DNA of 64,000 nucleotides from Planctomycetota bacterium (GTDB lineage Bacteria; Planctomycetota; SZUA-567; H5-PLA8): NCBI GenBank assembly GCA_037129555.1, contig JBAXUS010000004.1, positions 19,726 to 83,725 of the forward strand, read 5' to 3'. Shown piece by piece: positions 9,956 to 18,860 of this stretch (position 1 is its first letter; each line of letters starts with the position of its first letter). The notes under the pieces were generated by a model. It saw only the letters and a program-made list of their open reading frames with translations, ran no database searches and was not told where the DNA came from. The position numbers and the translations under genes were made by a program.

Positions 9956-11872
9956 ATGGACGACCGCATTTCAGACGACGCTTTTGTCCTCAATGTGCTC
10001 CGCGTTCAACTCCTCACCGACGAACGCATCCAGGACGCCAAGGACGAGCAATATATTCTCGCTCAAAGTGGCACCTTTCTGCCCTTGGGTGATGTATTGG
10101 TCAAAATGGGCGACCTCACTCCAGCCCTTCGCGATCGCATCGAACGCATGCCTGCCGAGCAGTCCGGGCCACTGAAAATGATAGGCCCGTTCCGCGTCAT
10201 TCGCCAACTGGGCGAAGGCTCCATGGGCATGGTCTACCTTGCCGTTGACACGCGCACGCAACATAAAGTCGCACTCAAAACACTCCCCAAGCGCCACGCC
10301 GACGACTCCGAATACCTGATCCGCTTTCAACGCGAGGCCCGCGCAGCACAAACGATCCAGCACGAAAATATCGTCGCCGCATACGAATACGGCGAGGATC
10401 AAGGCCTCCATTATTTCGCGATGGAACTGTGTCAGGGCGAAGCACTCGACGCCGTCCTTGCTCGCGAAACGTGTCTGCCGTGGATGACGGCTGCCGGTAT
10501 CATGTTACAAGTCGTGCGCGGCCTCGACTGCGCTCATCGCCACGGCTTCATCCACCGCGACGTCAAACCTGCCAACATCATGATGGTGCCGTCCAGCGAC
10601 AAAGGCAGTCCGCCCGTCGCCAAGTTGCTCGACCTCGGCCTGGCCAAGAACATTGACAGCAGCCAGTCCACATTCCAAACAGAAGCAGGTGCGCTGCTCG
10701 GCACCCCTCAATATATCTCGCCCGAACAAGCGCGCGGGGACAGCGACGTGGATGGCCGCTCCGACATTTACTCGCTCGGAGCCACTTTTTATCATGTCGT
10801 CACCGGCGAGGCTCCTTTTAAGGCCGCCTCCGCCGAGTTGGTGATTCAAAAGCATCTCAGCGACCCGCTCGTCAGTCCGCAGGACATGCGCGCGGACATC
10901 CCCGACGGTGTCGTGTTGGTGATTCAAAAAATGATGGCCAAGGACCCGTGTGATCGTTACAACGACTGCGTGGAGGTCATCCGCGATCTGGAGAACGTGC
11001 TGCTGGGCCGAGCACCCATCGGTTCGCCCGTAGATGAAAGCCGTTCAACCGTCGCGCGCCGCCGAGAAGCCCTGCGCCGAGCCACCGCTGCTGCCCGCGT
11101 CAAACCCAACGAAACGCTTTACCTGCCCTCGACCGCAGATATCACACCATCGAAGAACGAAATCGTCGGCACGTGGGGCCTCTCCCGCACAAAACGATAC
11201 GGCCTGTACGTCGTCGTGGCGCTCTTTGGTTTCATGATCGCTGCCGCCATCGCGTGGCAAGTTCGAACTAAATTTGGAAACGAGACGCCGCCACGCATCA
11301 TCGGTTTACCGCCTCACGGCGGCATCTCCACCAAATCCGGACACACGCCCATTTCAGCCCGCATTGCGCCAGCGCCCACCGCGCCCTCATCCGATATTCT
11401 CGCGGACGAAAACTTCGATGCGTTCAGTCCTGCCGAATTGCCCGCGGGTTGGTCCGTTGTCAATTCCAGCGGAATTTCAACGCTCGCGTTTCCCGATCAT
11501 GGCCACGTTCTTGCGATCAATAACCATTCGGTCGGCCCCGCCAAACCGCGTCTGAACCTCATCCTCGATCCCGACAAAATCCGTGGCCGCGTCATCCGCG
11601 TCGCCGTCCTCGTTTACTGCCCCAAAGGCTACGAACCGCTCGCCGGCAACCCGTTATCCAAGCCCGGTGTTGAGCTTCACATTCTCTTTGCCAACGGCAA
11701 GCGCGCGCCCGAAAAAAGCAGCGTCCTCCAGCCCGGCGAAACGGATTGGAAGCGCCTCAGTTTCTCCGCCTCGATTCCACAAAACGTTGTCGAAGCCAAA
11801 ATCTGTTTGAGCGCGACGGATGTTTCCGCCGAGGTCTTTTTTGACGATTTGAAAATCGAATTGTTGCCGTGA
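9956..11872 (+). CDS. Hanks-type Ser/Thr protein kinase with single TM helix and C-terminal extracytoplasmic beta-sandwich-like domain
   Basis: Kinase motifs present: LGEGSMGMVY (Gly loop), VALK, HRDVKPANIMM (catalytic loop), DLGLAK (DFG-like) and GTPQYISPEQ (APE). A TM segment LYVVVALFGFMIAAAIAW lies near aa 430. The track start at 9929 is a TTG. An ATG at 9956 has GGAG 10 nt upstream. Confidence 0.85.
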   Translation: MDDRISDDAFVLNVLRVQLLTDERIQDAKDEQYILAQSGTFLPLGDVLVKMGDLTPALRDRIERMPAEQSGPLKMIGPFRVIRQLGEGSMGMVYLAVDTRTQHKVALKTLPKRHADDSEYLIRFQREARAAQTIQHENIVAAYEYGEDQGLHYFAMELCQGEALDAVLARETCLPWMTAAGIMLQVVRGLDCAHRHGFIHRDVKPANIMMVPSSDKGSPPVAKLLDLGLAKNIDSSQSTFQTEAGALLGTPQYISPEQARGDSDVDGRSDIYSLGATFYHVVTGEAPFKAASAELVIQKHLSDPLVSPQDMRADIPDGVVLVIQKMMAKDPCDRYNDCVEVIRDLENVLLGRAPIGSPVDESRSTVARRREALRRATAAARVKPNETLYLPSTADITPSKNEIVGTWGLSRTKRYGLYVVVALFGFMIAAAIAWQVRTKFGNETPPRIIGLPPHGGISTKSGHTPISARIAPAPTAPSSDILADENFDAFSPAELPAGWSVVNSSGISTLAFPDHGHVLAINNHSVGPAKPRLNLILDPDKIRGRVIRVAVLVYCPKGYEPLAGNPLSKPGVELHILFANGKRAPEKSSVLQPGETDWKRLSFSASIPQNVVEAKICLSATDVSAEVFFDDLKIELLP

Positions 11873-12015
11873 ACACAGCACAGATATGAATACTGATTTT
11901 CTCTTCCGGGCAAAATTCTCGCGCTGTATTCTTTAAAACGCGGGCAATCCGGTTATGATTAAAGCACGGCTTAATACAATCGAACAGCGCTCAGGCTATC
12001 CGAGGATCGACCTTC

Positions 12016-13641
12016 ATGCCCCTGGTTTCATTTCAAAACGAGTCCGTCATTGATGAATCCGATGACACCTTGACGCTCCTGCAGATTTCGCAGAAGCACG
12101 GCATTCCCCACATGCATGTTTGCGGTGGCATGGCACGCTGCTCGACATGCCGAGTCATGGTGCTTGAACATCCAGAAAATCTGTCGCCTCGAAATACCGC
12201 TGAAAAGAATCTCGCGACGCGCCTCGGTTTCGAAGACAACATCCGCCTCGCGTGTCAATGTCAAGTCACCGGCCCCGTCACCGTCCGCCGCCTCACGCTC
12301 GACGATCAGGACGCTGGGCTCTGCATGTCCGGCGACCAGCGCACCACCGGACGCGAAGCTAAAATCGCGGTCCTTTTCAGCGACATCCGAGGCTTCACTA
12401 CCTTCTCTGAAACATCGCTGCCCTACGACACGATCCACATCCTCAACCGCTACTTTTATCAGATGGGCGAAGCCGTTTTGCATAACGAAGGTTACATCGA
12501 TAAATACATGGGCGACGGCCTGATGGCGCTCTTTGGATTGAACTGCGACAACGCCGAAACCAACTGCCGCAACGCCGTCAACGCCGGTCTGCAAATGCTC
12601 ACGGAACTTGAAGGCTTCAACGACTACATGAAGCGCAACTTCGGACGCGAATTCAAGATCGGAATCGGGATTCATTTCGGCGAACTCATCATCGGCGAAA
12701 TGGGCCACCCCAGCCGCCGCTCGATCACGGTCATCGGCGACACGGTCAACATGGCCAGCCGTATCGAATCCGCCACGAAAGAAGCCGGCGCACCGATCCT
12801 TATCTCCGATGCCGTTCGCGACAGTTTGCGCGGACGCGTCGATATTGGTCGATCGTTCACCCAGGTGTTGAAAGGCAAATCCGGCTCGTACTCGCTCCAC
12901 GAAGTCCTCAATTTGCGCGAGCAAACGGTGGTCATGACACGCACCGGGATGATGCGAAATTGGATCGCAAGTTCCCTGCGCTGCGTGGTCACGCTGCGCA
13001 GCGCACCGCTCTTTTTGCGCGCCGCGTTCCACGATGCCGGGACGTATGATTCGGTCACGAACACGGGCGGATGCAGCGGCACGTTGCATCTCCCCGAAGT
13101 TTATTCGCGCCCGGAAAACGCCGGTCTGGAAATCGTCGTCAACTTGCTCATGCCGATCAAAAAGCATTTCGAAGGTGCCTCGTGGGCGGACTTGTTCATC
13201 GTCGCCGGATCCGTCGCGGTCAAGACGTTGGGCGGTCCCGATATTCCGGTCGCCCTGGGACGCAAGGACGCAAAGGACCAAGTCCCGCAGCCCGGTGTGA
13301 TGGACTTGGAGCATTACGACATCAAGCGCTTGAAAGAGCGCTTCCTGCGCATGGGCCTGACGATCCGCGACATGGTCGCGCTCTCCGGAGCTCACACCGT
13401 CGGCCACAATCGCGGTGCGCCATTCACGTACGATTGGTACAAATTCAACAACAGCTATTTCCGCCAACTACTCCAAGGCGCAGAAAGCTCCGAGCACATG
13501 CTCGGCACCGACAGAGCCCTCGCGCACGATCCGGAATGTTTCGAGTGGGTCAAGAAATACGCGCTGGACGAAGCGATGTTCTTTGCGGATTTCTCAGCGG
13601 CGTATCAGAAGATGTCGAAGCTGGGGACGAATTTGAAATAG
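12016..13641 (+). CDS. Tri-domain fusion: 2Fe-2S ferredoxin domain + class III adenylate/guanylate cyclase (CHD) + class I (ascorbate-peroxidase-like) heme peroxidase
   Basis: aa 1-95: Cys pattern HVCGGMARCSTC...LACQC (C-x5-C-x2-C-x33-C) is plant-type Fer2-like. aa ~115-300: IAVLFSDIRGFTTFSE, YMGDGLMALFG and GDTVNMASRIES are the CHD metal-Asp and Asn/Arg motifs. aa ~310-541: RAAFHDAGTYD (distal Arg/His), ALSGAHTVGH (proximal His) and C-terminal KYALDEAMFFADFSAAYQKMSKLG (compare APX [24 protein letters not shown]). ATG with upstream GAGGA. Confidence 0.8.
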   Translation: MPLVSFQNESVIDESDDTLTLLQISQKHGIPHMHVCGGMARCSTCRVMVLEHPENLSPRNTAEKNLATRLGFEDNIRLACQCQVTGPVTVRRLTLDDQDAGLCMSGDQRTTGREAKIAVLFSDIRGFTTFSETSLPYDTIHILNRYFYQMGEAVLHNEGYIDKYMGDGLMALFGLNCDNAETNCRNAVNAGLQMLTELEGFNDYMKRNFGREFKIGIGIHFGELIIGEMGHPSRRSITVIGDTVNMASRIESATKEAGAPILISDAVRDSLRGRVDIGRSFTQVLKGKSGSYSLHEVLNLREQTVVMTRTGMMRNWIASSLRCVVTLRSAPLFLRAAFHDAGTYDSVTNTGGCSGTLHLPEVYSRPENAGLEIVVNLLMPIKKHFEGASWADLFIVAGSVAVKTLGGPDIPVALGRKDAKDQVPQPGVMDLEHYDIKRLKERFLRMGLTIRDMVALSGAHTVGHNRGAPFTYDWYKFNNSYFRQLLQGAESSEHMLGTDRALAHDPECFEWVKKYALDEAMFFADFSAAYQKMSKLGTNLK

Positions 13642-13658
13642 ACGCTGGGGGCATTGGC

Positions 13659-14189
13659 ATGTCGTTGAGAATTCTGGATGCGTTTCCTTCAGCGGCCTTG
13701 AATGGTTTACCGCCGTTTACATCCGACGGTGTTCTCCCACCGGGTGATTTTGCGCCGGGACTGTCCGACTTTGAAGAGCGGTTCGTGGAAACAGGCGACC
13801 GAGAGCGTCGGCAATTTCTGTACGAAGGGTTGAACCGCTACCGTCGGGCGTTGCTGGATACAGGAATTCCGGAGACAGCGTGGATGTTAATCAACGGAAG
13901 TTTCACGACCTCCAAGTCATCGCCCGGTGATATTGATATTGCCGTTGAGGTGCCTATCGCTAAAATAGAAGACATGCGAGATCACCCAGCCGACGAATTG
14001 TTTGACCGCGACTCCGTGAAACTCCGATTTCAGTGCGACGCTTATGCCATCTACACATTGCCATTTCACGATCCCAATTACGAAAATTTCACGCAGGCTT
14101 ACGTCAGAGTTTGGACACAGTTGTTTGGAATGACGCGATACAAGACGACCAAAGGACGTGTGTGGATAAAAGCTGGAGGGTTGAAATAA
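13659..14189 (+). CDS. Nucleotidyltransferase-fold protein (minimal Pol-beta-type NTase motif), function unknown
   Basis: ~176 aa. INGSFTTSKSSPGDIDIAVEV is the G[SG]-x9-13-DxD nucleotidyltransferase signature. It starts 18 nt after the cyclase stop. It is the real C-terminal part of track ORF 13071..14189; the Arg-rich N-terminal extension of that ORF overlaps the cyclase gene in another frame and is rejected. Local GC is lower than the surroundings. Confidence 0.55.
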   Translation: MSLRILDAFPSAALNGLPPFTSDGVLPPGDFAPGLSDFEERFVETGDRERRQFLYEGLNRYRRALLDTGIPETAWMLINGSFTTSKSSPGDIDIAVEVPIAKIEDMRDHPADELFDRDSVKLRFQCDAYAIYTLPFHDPNYENFTQAYVRVWTQLFGMTRYKTTKGRVWIKAGGLK

Positions 14190-14488
14190 TGTACGACGAT
14201 GATGATTCGCCAAGGGATATAACTCTTATTCGCGAGGAAATTGACGCTCTGACCGGTCTATTGAATAATTTACCAGAGGACTACAAATATTGCGCTGGAT
14301 TCCTGTCCTACAGACAGCGGATCGCCGAGTTGAAACAGGAACTCCTCGATAGTTGGTGTTTGTCGTTTGAAAAGCTCAATGATCGGATTCAAGCGTCACC
14401 AGAACGCCGTACCAATGAATGTGTCAAAGAAGTCGCAGAGCTTTGCGCGGTCTTAAAAAATTCAGTGCCTCACTTAATGGCACATTGA
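14189..14488 (+). CDS. Small hypothetical protein (99 aa), translationally coupled to the NTase gene
   Basis: ATG overlaps the upstream stop (TAATG). MYDDDDSPRDITLIREEIDALTGLLNNLPEDYKY... No recognisable domain. Lowest GC in the islet. This is the downstream part of track ORF 14033..14488. Confidence 0.4.
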   Translation: MYDDDDSPRDITLIREEIDALTGLLNNLPEDYKYCAGFLSYRQRIAELKQELLDSWCLSFEKLNDRIQASPERRTNECVKEVAELCAVLKNSVPHLMAH

Positions 14489-14597
14489 CTTAATGACACT
14501 TTGACCCTATTTTCATCGCTTTCTATTTCCGAGCGTTCGTGCCCCTTTGCGCGTCTGCATGGAATTGAATCTGTTTCTTTGAACCACCGGAACCCAC

Positions 14598-15569
14598 ATG
14601 TCAACCAAGATCAAACTCAAACAACTCAAGCCCAACCCTTACCGCGATATGGCGCACTACCCCATGCATCGCGAGAAAATTGAGATGCTCAAGGCCAGCA
14701 TCCGTACCACCGGTTTTTGGGATAATCTGCTCGTTCGCAAAAGTGGCTCCAGCTACGAAGTCGCCTACGGCCACCATCGTCTGGAAGCCCTTCGCGAACT
14801 CGTCAAAGAAAACGTCATCGACGACGATTACGAACTCGAACTCCCCGTCCGCAACCTCGACGACGCCACCATGATCCGCATCATGGCCAGCGAGAACGTT
14901 GAAGAATACCGTGTCACATCCGACATCATCGACGAGACTGTTCGTGTCACGCGCGAATACATTCAGCGCGAAACCAAAACGCCCGCGAACGAAATCGGAG
15001 CCGCTGACATCAGCCAGTTCCTCGGCGGCGGATGGAATGAAGACAAAGTCGCTTCATCGCTCCAACGCCTCATCCTCTTTGATCGCGGCACTCTCAAGCG
15101 CGAACAAGTCAGCGGACTTTCTCACACCGCCGCGAAAGGCATCCAGCGCGAAGTCGCCAAGGTTGAACGCGCCGTCGTCAAAGATGGCCTCGAAAGCGCC
15201 GATGACCCGACCGACATGACCGAAGACGAACGCAAGAGCATCAGGCATCAGGCACAGAAAGTCGCCAAGCATGTCGCCGGCGTACTATCCGATCACGTTC
15301 GCAGCGGTGGCAGCATCGGCAAGATGAAAGAGAAATCGCTCGACGCCCAAGCCGAAATGGTCCCAGAAGACGCGCCGGAAGACGAACGCAAACTCAGCAC
15401 CATCGACGCCGCTGCCCGTGCCGTCAACGCACGCGATTTCCAACGAAAAATCGAGATGCTGATGAAGTACAAAGAATACATGTCCCCCGGTGCCAAACAC
15501 GAACTCGCTGGAACGTTGCGCGAAGTCATAGGCTGGTCGAAGCAGATGCTGGAAGTGTTGCAGGAGTGA
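14598..15569 (+). CDS. ParB/Srx-fold (ParB-like nuclease domain) protein with acidic/Lys-rich C-terminal half
   Basis: 323 aa. The N-terminus IKLKQLKPNPYRD....VAYGHHRLEALRE matches the ParB N-terminal (ParBc) domain (GxHR..A box). No HTH or HNH motif is recognisable in the C-terminal half. Confidence 0.6.
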   Translation: MSTKIKLKQLKPNPYRDMAHYPMHREKIEMLKASIRTTGFWDNLLVRKSGSSYEVAYGHHRLEALRELVKENVIDDDYELELPVRNLDDATMIRIMASENVEEYRVTSDIIDETVRVTREYIQRETKTPANEIGAADISQFLGGGWNEDKVASSLQRLILFDRGTLKREQVSGLSHTAAKGIQREVAKVERAVVKDGLESADDPTDMTEDERKSIRHQAQKVAKHVAGVLSDHVRSGGSIGKMKEKSLDAQAEMVPEDAPEDERKLSTIDAAARAVNARDFQRKIEMLMKYKEYMSPGAKHELAGTLREVIGWSKQMLEVLQE

Positions 15570-15711
15570 ACAAGTGACCTATTGCAAAGACGAAGAGACA
15601 TTGATCTCCATTTCATGTAGGTTTTATTGCAGTATTCGGGTTTCAATATCGTCACACGTTTGACGTTTCACCCGCTCCATAAGGACCGGGCTTGAAAAAA
15701 AGGAATTCGCT

Positions 15712-17631
15712 ATGGTCATCGCTCTCCGCTCCAAAACGCTACTGCTCGCCGCCTCCCTCGCGGCTGGCCTCTTCTGCGCGCCGTCGTTCGCCGCCGCTGA
15801 CAACCAGAAACCGTCCACCGAACCGAACGCCGCGTCCACCGCTCCAACTGTCGGCGAAGACGACGTTCACATCATCATTCGCGGACTGCCGACTCAAGGC
15901 AAAGTCGTCCTCCCTGCCTCTGAAACTGAATTCAAATTCAAGCTCAAAGACACCGGAACCGTCATGGGTTTCCGCTGGAGCGACCTCGAAGAATCCGAAC
16001 GCAAACGAGTCCAGAAAATGTACGGTATGGAAGTCGTCGAAGGCAACCGTCTGGTCTTCGGTGAAAAAATGATCGGCGTCAAATACAAGCTCGTTAGCGG
16101 TAAATTCCTCGAAGGCTTTCGCGAACCCGACCGCGACCGCAACGGCATGCTTGCACTCCGCACCTCCTCCGCTGTCATGTTTATCAACAAAGCCGACGTC
16201 GTGAGCGAAGAGCCTTTCGAACGCTACGAGAGCGACTTCTTCAGCGCACTTGAAGTCTATGATCGCCGACTTCTCGAAAAGCCGCCGAGCACATCCAACG
16301 CCTCCGACCACCTCGCCATGGCCCGTTGGACCGCGAGCATTGGGCTTTACGGCAAAGCCATCGAACACCTCGAACAAGCCAAAATCATCGACCCGCGCAC
16401 GGAAGAACGCAATCAGGATTTCCGCGCTGAGCTCTATCAGAAAAACGCCAATCAGCAGGCCCAGAACCTCTTCGATATGATGCTGCTTGAAATGCGCTCC
16501 AACGACTGCCTTTCCGCCCTCGACCATTTGCAACAGCTTGATCGCGGCTTCAAAAACTCCGATCTCAAGAGCCGCTGGGACGCGTTGCGTCCGCAGATCG
16601 AAGCGGGTAGCAAAACCGAAATTAACAAAAAGATTGTTCAAATGTCTTACCGCCTCGCCCAAGAGTTGGTGCAGAAAAAGTACTTCACCAAACTCCGCAT
16701 TGACGACAAAGGCAACATCGTCCCGTCCATTCCCGGCAAACTGGTGACGACCAAACAAGGCCGCTCGTTCCGGGGCCAGTTGGTTGGAGTCGGCGGCAAC
16801 GCGATGGAAGGCTCCAGTTCCGAACCCGACGAATACGAGAAAAAAGAAGGTATCGTCCCGCCGAAAAACATGGCCGCCAACACGCCACCGAAAGGCGGCA
16901 GCGCTGATGATGTCATCCTTAAAATGGAAGACACCACCATCACCATTGCGGGCAAAGATGTCCTGTCGATGATTGACATCGATTTAAGCGTTGCGTCCGG
17001 AAAGGCTGAAATCAACTACGACGAATTGAAGGAATACATCACCGGCGCAGACGGCCTTAAATCCGAATTGTGCCGCAAGATTTCGCAGGTTGTCAAAATC
17101 CCGTCTGCTGATGTGCTGAAGATTTTCGAAGGCCGCCTCTCGCGCGAAGCCCATTACGAAGACGGTCAACTCACCTTCACCAACAATTACGCGAGCTTCC
17201 ACGACGCCGACTACGGCTACGCCAGCTGGTTGCGCCCGGGCGCGCAAAAGCCCATGAAGTACATCAAGTATGATACCAACACCAACGGAAACAACGGCAA
17301 CAACGGGAACCGGAACAGCTACAACAACCGCAACAATCGCAACAACAACACGAATGGAAGCATGCAGACACAGAAGGATGAAGAAACCGCTGATGAGACC
17401 GACGACCCGTCAGTCTGGTGGAAGTTCCAAACCCAGAATACAAAACTGAAATTTCTGAATGCGCTCATGGCCGAAAAGGTCTTCAAGAAATACAGCGACT
17501 CGAAAGTCTCCTGCCCGACCTGCGCGAACAAAGGCATGATCGGTACGACGCTTCCGGGCGGCAACCAAGCCGGCCAGCGTTGCCCGACTTGTCGTGGCAG
17601 CGGTGTGCTGTATAAAATTATCTATCGTTAA
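15712..17631 (+). CDS. Secreted hypothetical protein with Asn-rich low-complexity insert and C-terminal DnaJ-type CxxCxGxG zinc-finger pair
   Basis: Signal peptide MVIALRSKTLLLAASLAAGLFCAPSFAAA. NTNGNNGNNGNRNSYNNRNNRNNNTNG is encoded by AAC-rich repeats (~17275-17350). The C-terminus is CPTCANKGMIG...CPTCRGSG. RBS AAGGA. Confidence 0.55.
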   Translation: MVIALRSKTLLLAASLAAGLFCAPSFAAADNQKPSTEPNAASTAPTVGEDDVHIIIRGLPTQGKVVLPASETEFKFKLKDTGTVMGFRWSDLEESERKRVQKMYGMEVVEGNRLVFGEKMIGVKYKLVSGKFLEGFREPDRDRNGMLALRTSSAVMFINKADVVSEEPFERYESDFFSALEVYDRRLLEKPPSTSNASDHLAMARWTASIGLYGKAIEHLEQAKIIDPRTEERNQDFRAELYQKNANQQAQNLFDMMLLEMRSNDCLSALDHLQQLDRGFKNSDLKSRWDALRPQIEAGSKTEINKKIVQMSYRLAQELVQKKYFTKLRIDDKGNIVPSIPGKLVTTKQGRSFRGQLVGVGGNAMEGSSSEPDEYEKKEGIVPPKNMAANTPPKGGSADDVILKMEDTTITIAGKDVLSMIDIDLSVASGKAEINYDELKEYITGADGLKSELCRKISQVVKIPSADVLKIFEGRLSREAHYEDGQLTFTNNYASFHDADYGYASWLRPGAQKPMKYIKYDTNTNGNNGNNGNRNSYNNRNNRNNNTNGSMQTQKDEETADETDDPSVWWKFQTQNTKLKFLNALMAEKVFKKYSDSKVSCPTCANKGMIGTTLPGGNQAGQRCPTCRGSGVLYKIIYR

Positions 17632-17679
17632 TGGTATCTGATCTGTGCCATGTGTATTGCATCGCCAAAGGAATCCGCA

Positions 17680-18753
17680 ATGAAGAAGGTGTCTTACGTG
17701 TTGGGATGGACTCTGCTCCTCGCTGTCGCGGTGCTTGATTTATCCGGCTGCGGGTCGCCGCCGGTGGTCAAGACTGCGAAGAAGCAAATCAGCGCCGCTG
17801 AAGAAGCGATCGAATCCGGCAACAGTCTCGCGCGTTACAAAAAGCACGAACTCGCCGTCGTTGAATACGAAAAAGCGCTCGGTGAAATCCGCTCCGCCGA
17901 AGGGTTCGCCATCGGCAACGAAGCCGCGCGTTTGACCGTATTGAAAGAGGAAGCTCGCTCCAAAAAAGTCGCGTCCGAATTCAAAGCCAAAGAAGTCGCA
18001 GGTGAAGCCAACGCCAAAGCCCGACAGGCGACCACTTCATCCGCCCCCGTTGCGACAGTGGATCAAGATGCCGTTAAGCGCAAAGCGGAAGCCGTCAAAG
18101 ACGCCGAAATGGCCGCGAGCAAAAAGGAAGCACTCGAAGCCATTGGCAAGACACCGAAAGCGGCTAAGAAAGTCGACGAACCCGAAGACGCTGGTGATGT
18201 TGCGGCCAACGCGAAGACGAAAGCTCCGGCCAAGGACGGCGATCCCGCCGAGCCTGCTGCCGCGCCCAAAAAAGAACCGCTCAAAGACAAGAACGGAATC
18301 TTTGCGAACATCGATGAAAACACGCCGCCGCTCGTCATCGCCAAACTTCAACGCATCGGTAAATTCGTGTTCGCGTACTGCCAGATTTACAACAAGAGCA
18401 ATGACGGTAAACGCATCACCGTCTACAATTTCTTCAAAGACCGCGATAACCAATTGGTCGTCCCGCAACTCACGACCGCGTCGTTTCCATACGACCGATT
18501 CAGCGCGAAAGTCAAAGATTTGATCGGTGACCAATCGGTCCGAAACCTCGCGCCGAATTCCGAAGAAATCAACGGTGGCGAGTATCTTCAATTCGTCTCC
18601 GTCGGCGAATGCGACAACGAAGCCAAAGCTCAAAGCGTCGTCAAGCTGTATCTCGACGTCCGCTTCAGCGATGGTACGCGCGCGGAATTTACCAGCGCTC
18701 CGACGGGTGCCGCCACGATGCCCGAGATGAAAATCAATATCCCGAAGAAGTGA
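17680..18753 (+). CDS. Lipoprotein, Lys/Ala/Glu-rich, function unknown
   Basis: MKKVSYVLGWTLLLAVAVLDLSGC is a lipoprotein signal with an LSGC lipobox. AAGGA lies 7 nt upstream of the ATG at 17680. The track start 17650 is a short upstream extension. Confidence 0.55.
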   Translation: MKKVSYVLGWTLLLAVAVLDLSGCGSPPVVKTAKKQISAAEEAIESGNSLARYKKHELAVVEYEKALGEIRSAEGFAIGNEAARLTVLKEEARSKKVASEFKAKEVAGEANAKARQATTSSAPVATVDQDAVKRKAEAVKDAEMAASKKEALEAIGKTPKAAKKVDEPEDAGDVAANAKTKAPAKDGDPAEPAAAPKKEPLKDKNGIFANIDENTPPLVIAKLQRIGKFVFAYCQIYNKSNDGKRITVYNFFKDRDNQLVVPQLTTASFPYDRFSAKVKDLIGDQSVRNLAPNSEEINGGEYLQFVSVGECDNEAKAQSVVKLYLDVRFSDGTRAEFTSAPTGAATMPEMKINIPKK

Positions 18754-18789
18754 TCTAGGGCGGCTATTATTGATTCCAACATTGTCAAT

Positions 18790-18859
18790 GTAGAGCCGAA
18801 TTCTGATTCGGCTCAGTGAGTCCAGGCGCTAAACAAGCCGAATCGGAATTCGGCTCTAC
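18790..18859. terminator. Compound hairpin between convergent genes (likely bidirectional terminator)
   Basis: Outer perfect 14-bp inverted repeat GTAGAGCCGAATTC...GAATTCGGCTCTAC encloses two inner hairpins (GAGCCGAAT-tctg-ATTCGGCTC and AGCCGAAT-cgga-ATTCGGCT). It lies between the stop of the + gene (18753) and the stop of the - gene (18861). No long U-tract follows. Confidence 0.4.
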
Positions 18860-18860
18860 T

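Noticed and set aside
12028-13467. 479-aa minus-strand ORF overlapping almost the entire cyclase fusion gene
   Set aside because: It is antisense to a gene with three independently recognisable domains. The composition is Arg/Ala/Asp/Gly-rich, typical of spurious antisense ORFs in high-GC DNA, and there is no recognisable domain.
13071-13658. N-terminal 196 codons of track ORF 13071..14189
   Set aside because: This frame overlaps the peroxidase domain coding region and translates to Arg/Pro-rich junk. Only the portion after the cyclase stop, from the ATG near 13659, gives a coherent NTase-fold protein.
15739-16758. 339-aa minus-strand ORF inside the secreted-protein gene 15712..17631
   Set aside because: Antisense overlap with a gene that has a good signal peptide and RBS. 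Low-complexity Gly/Ala/Val-rich translation.
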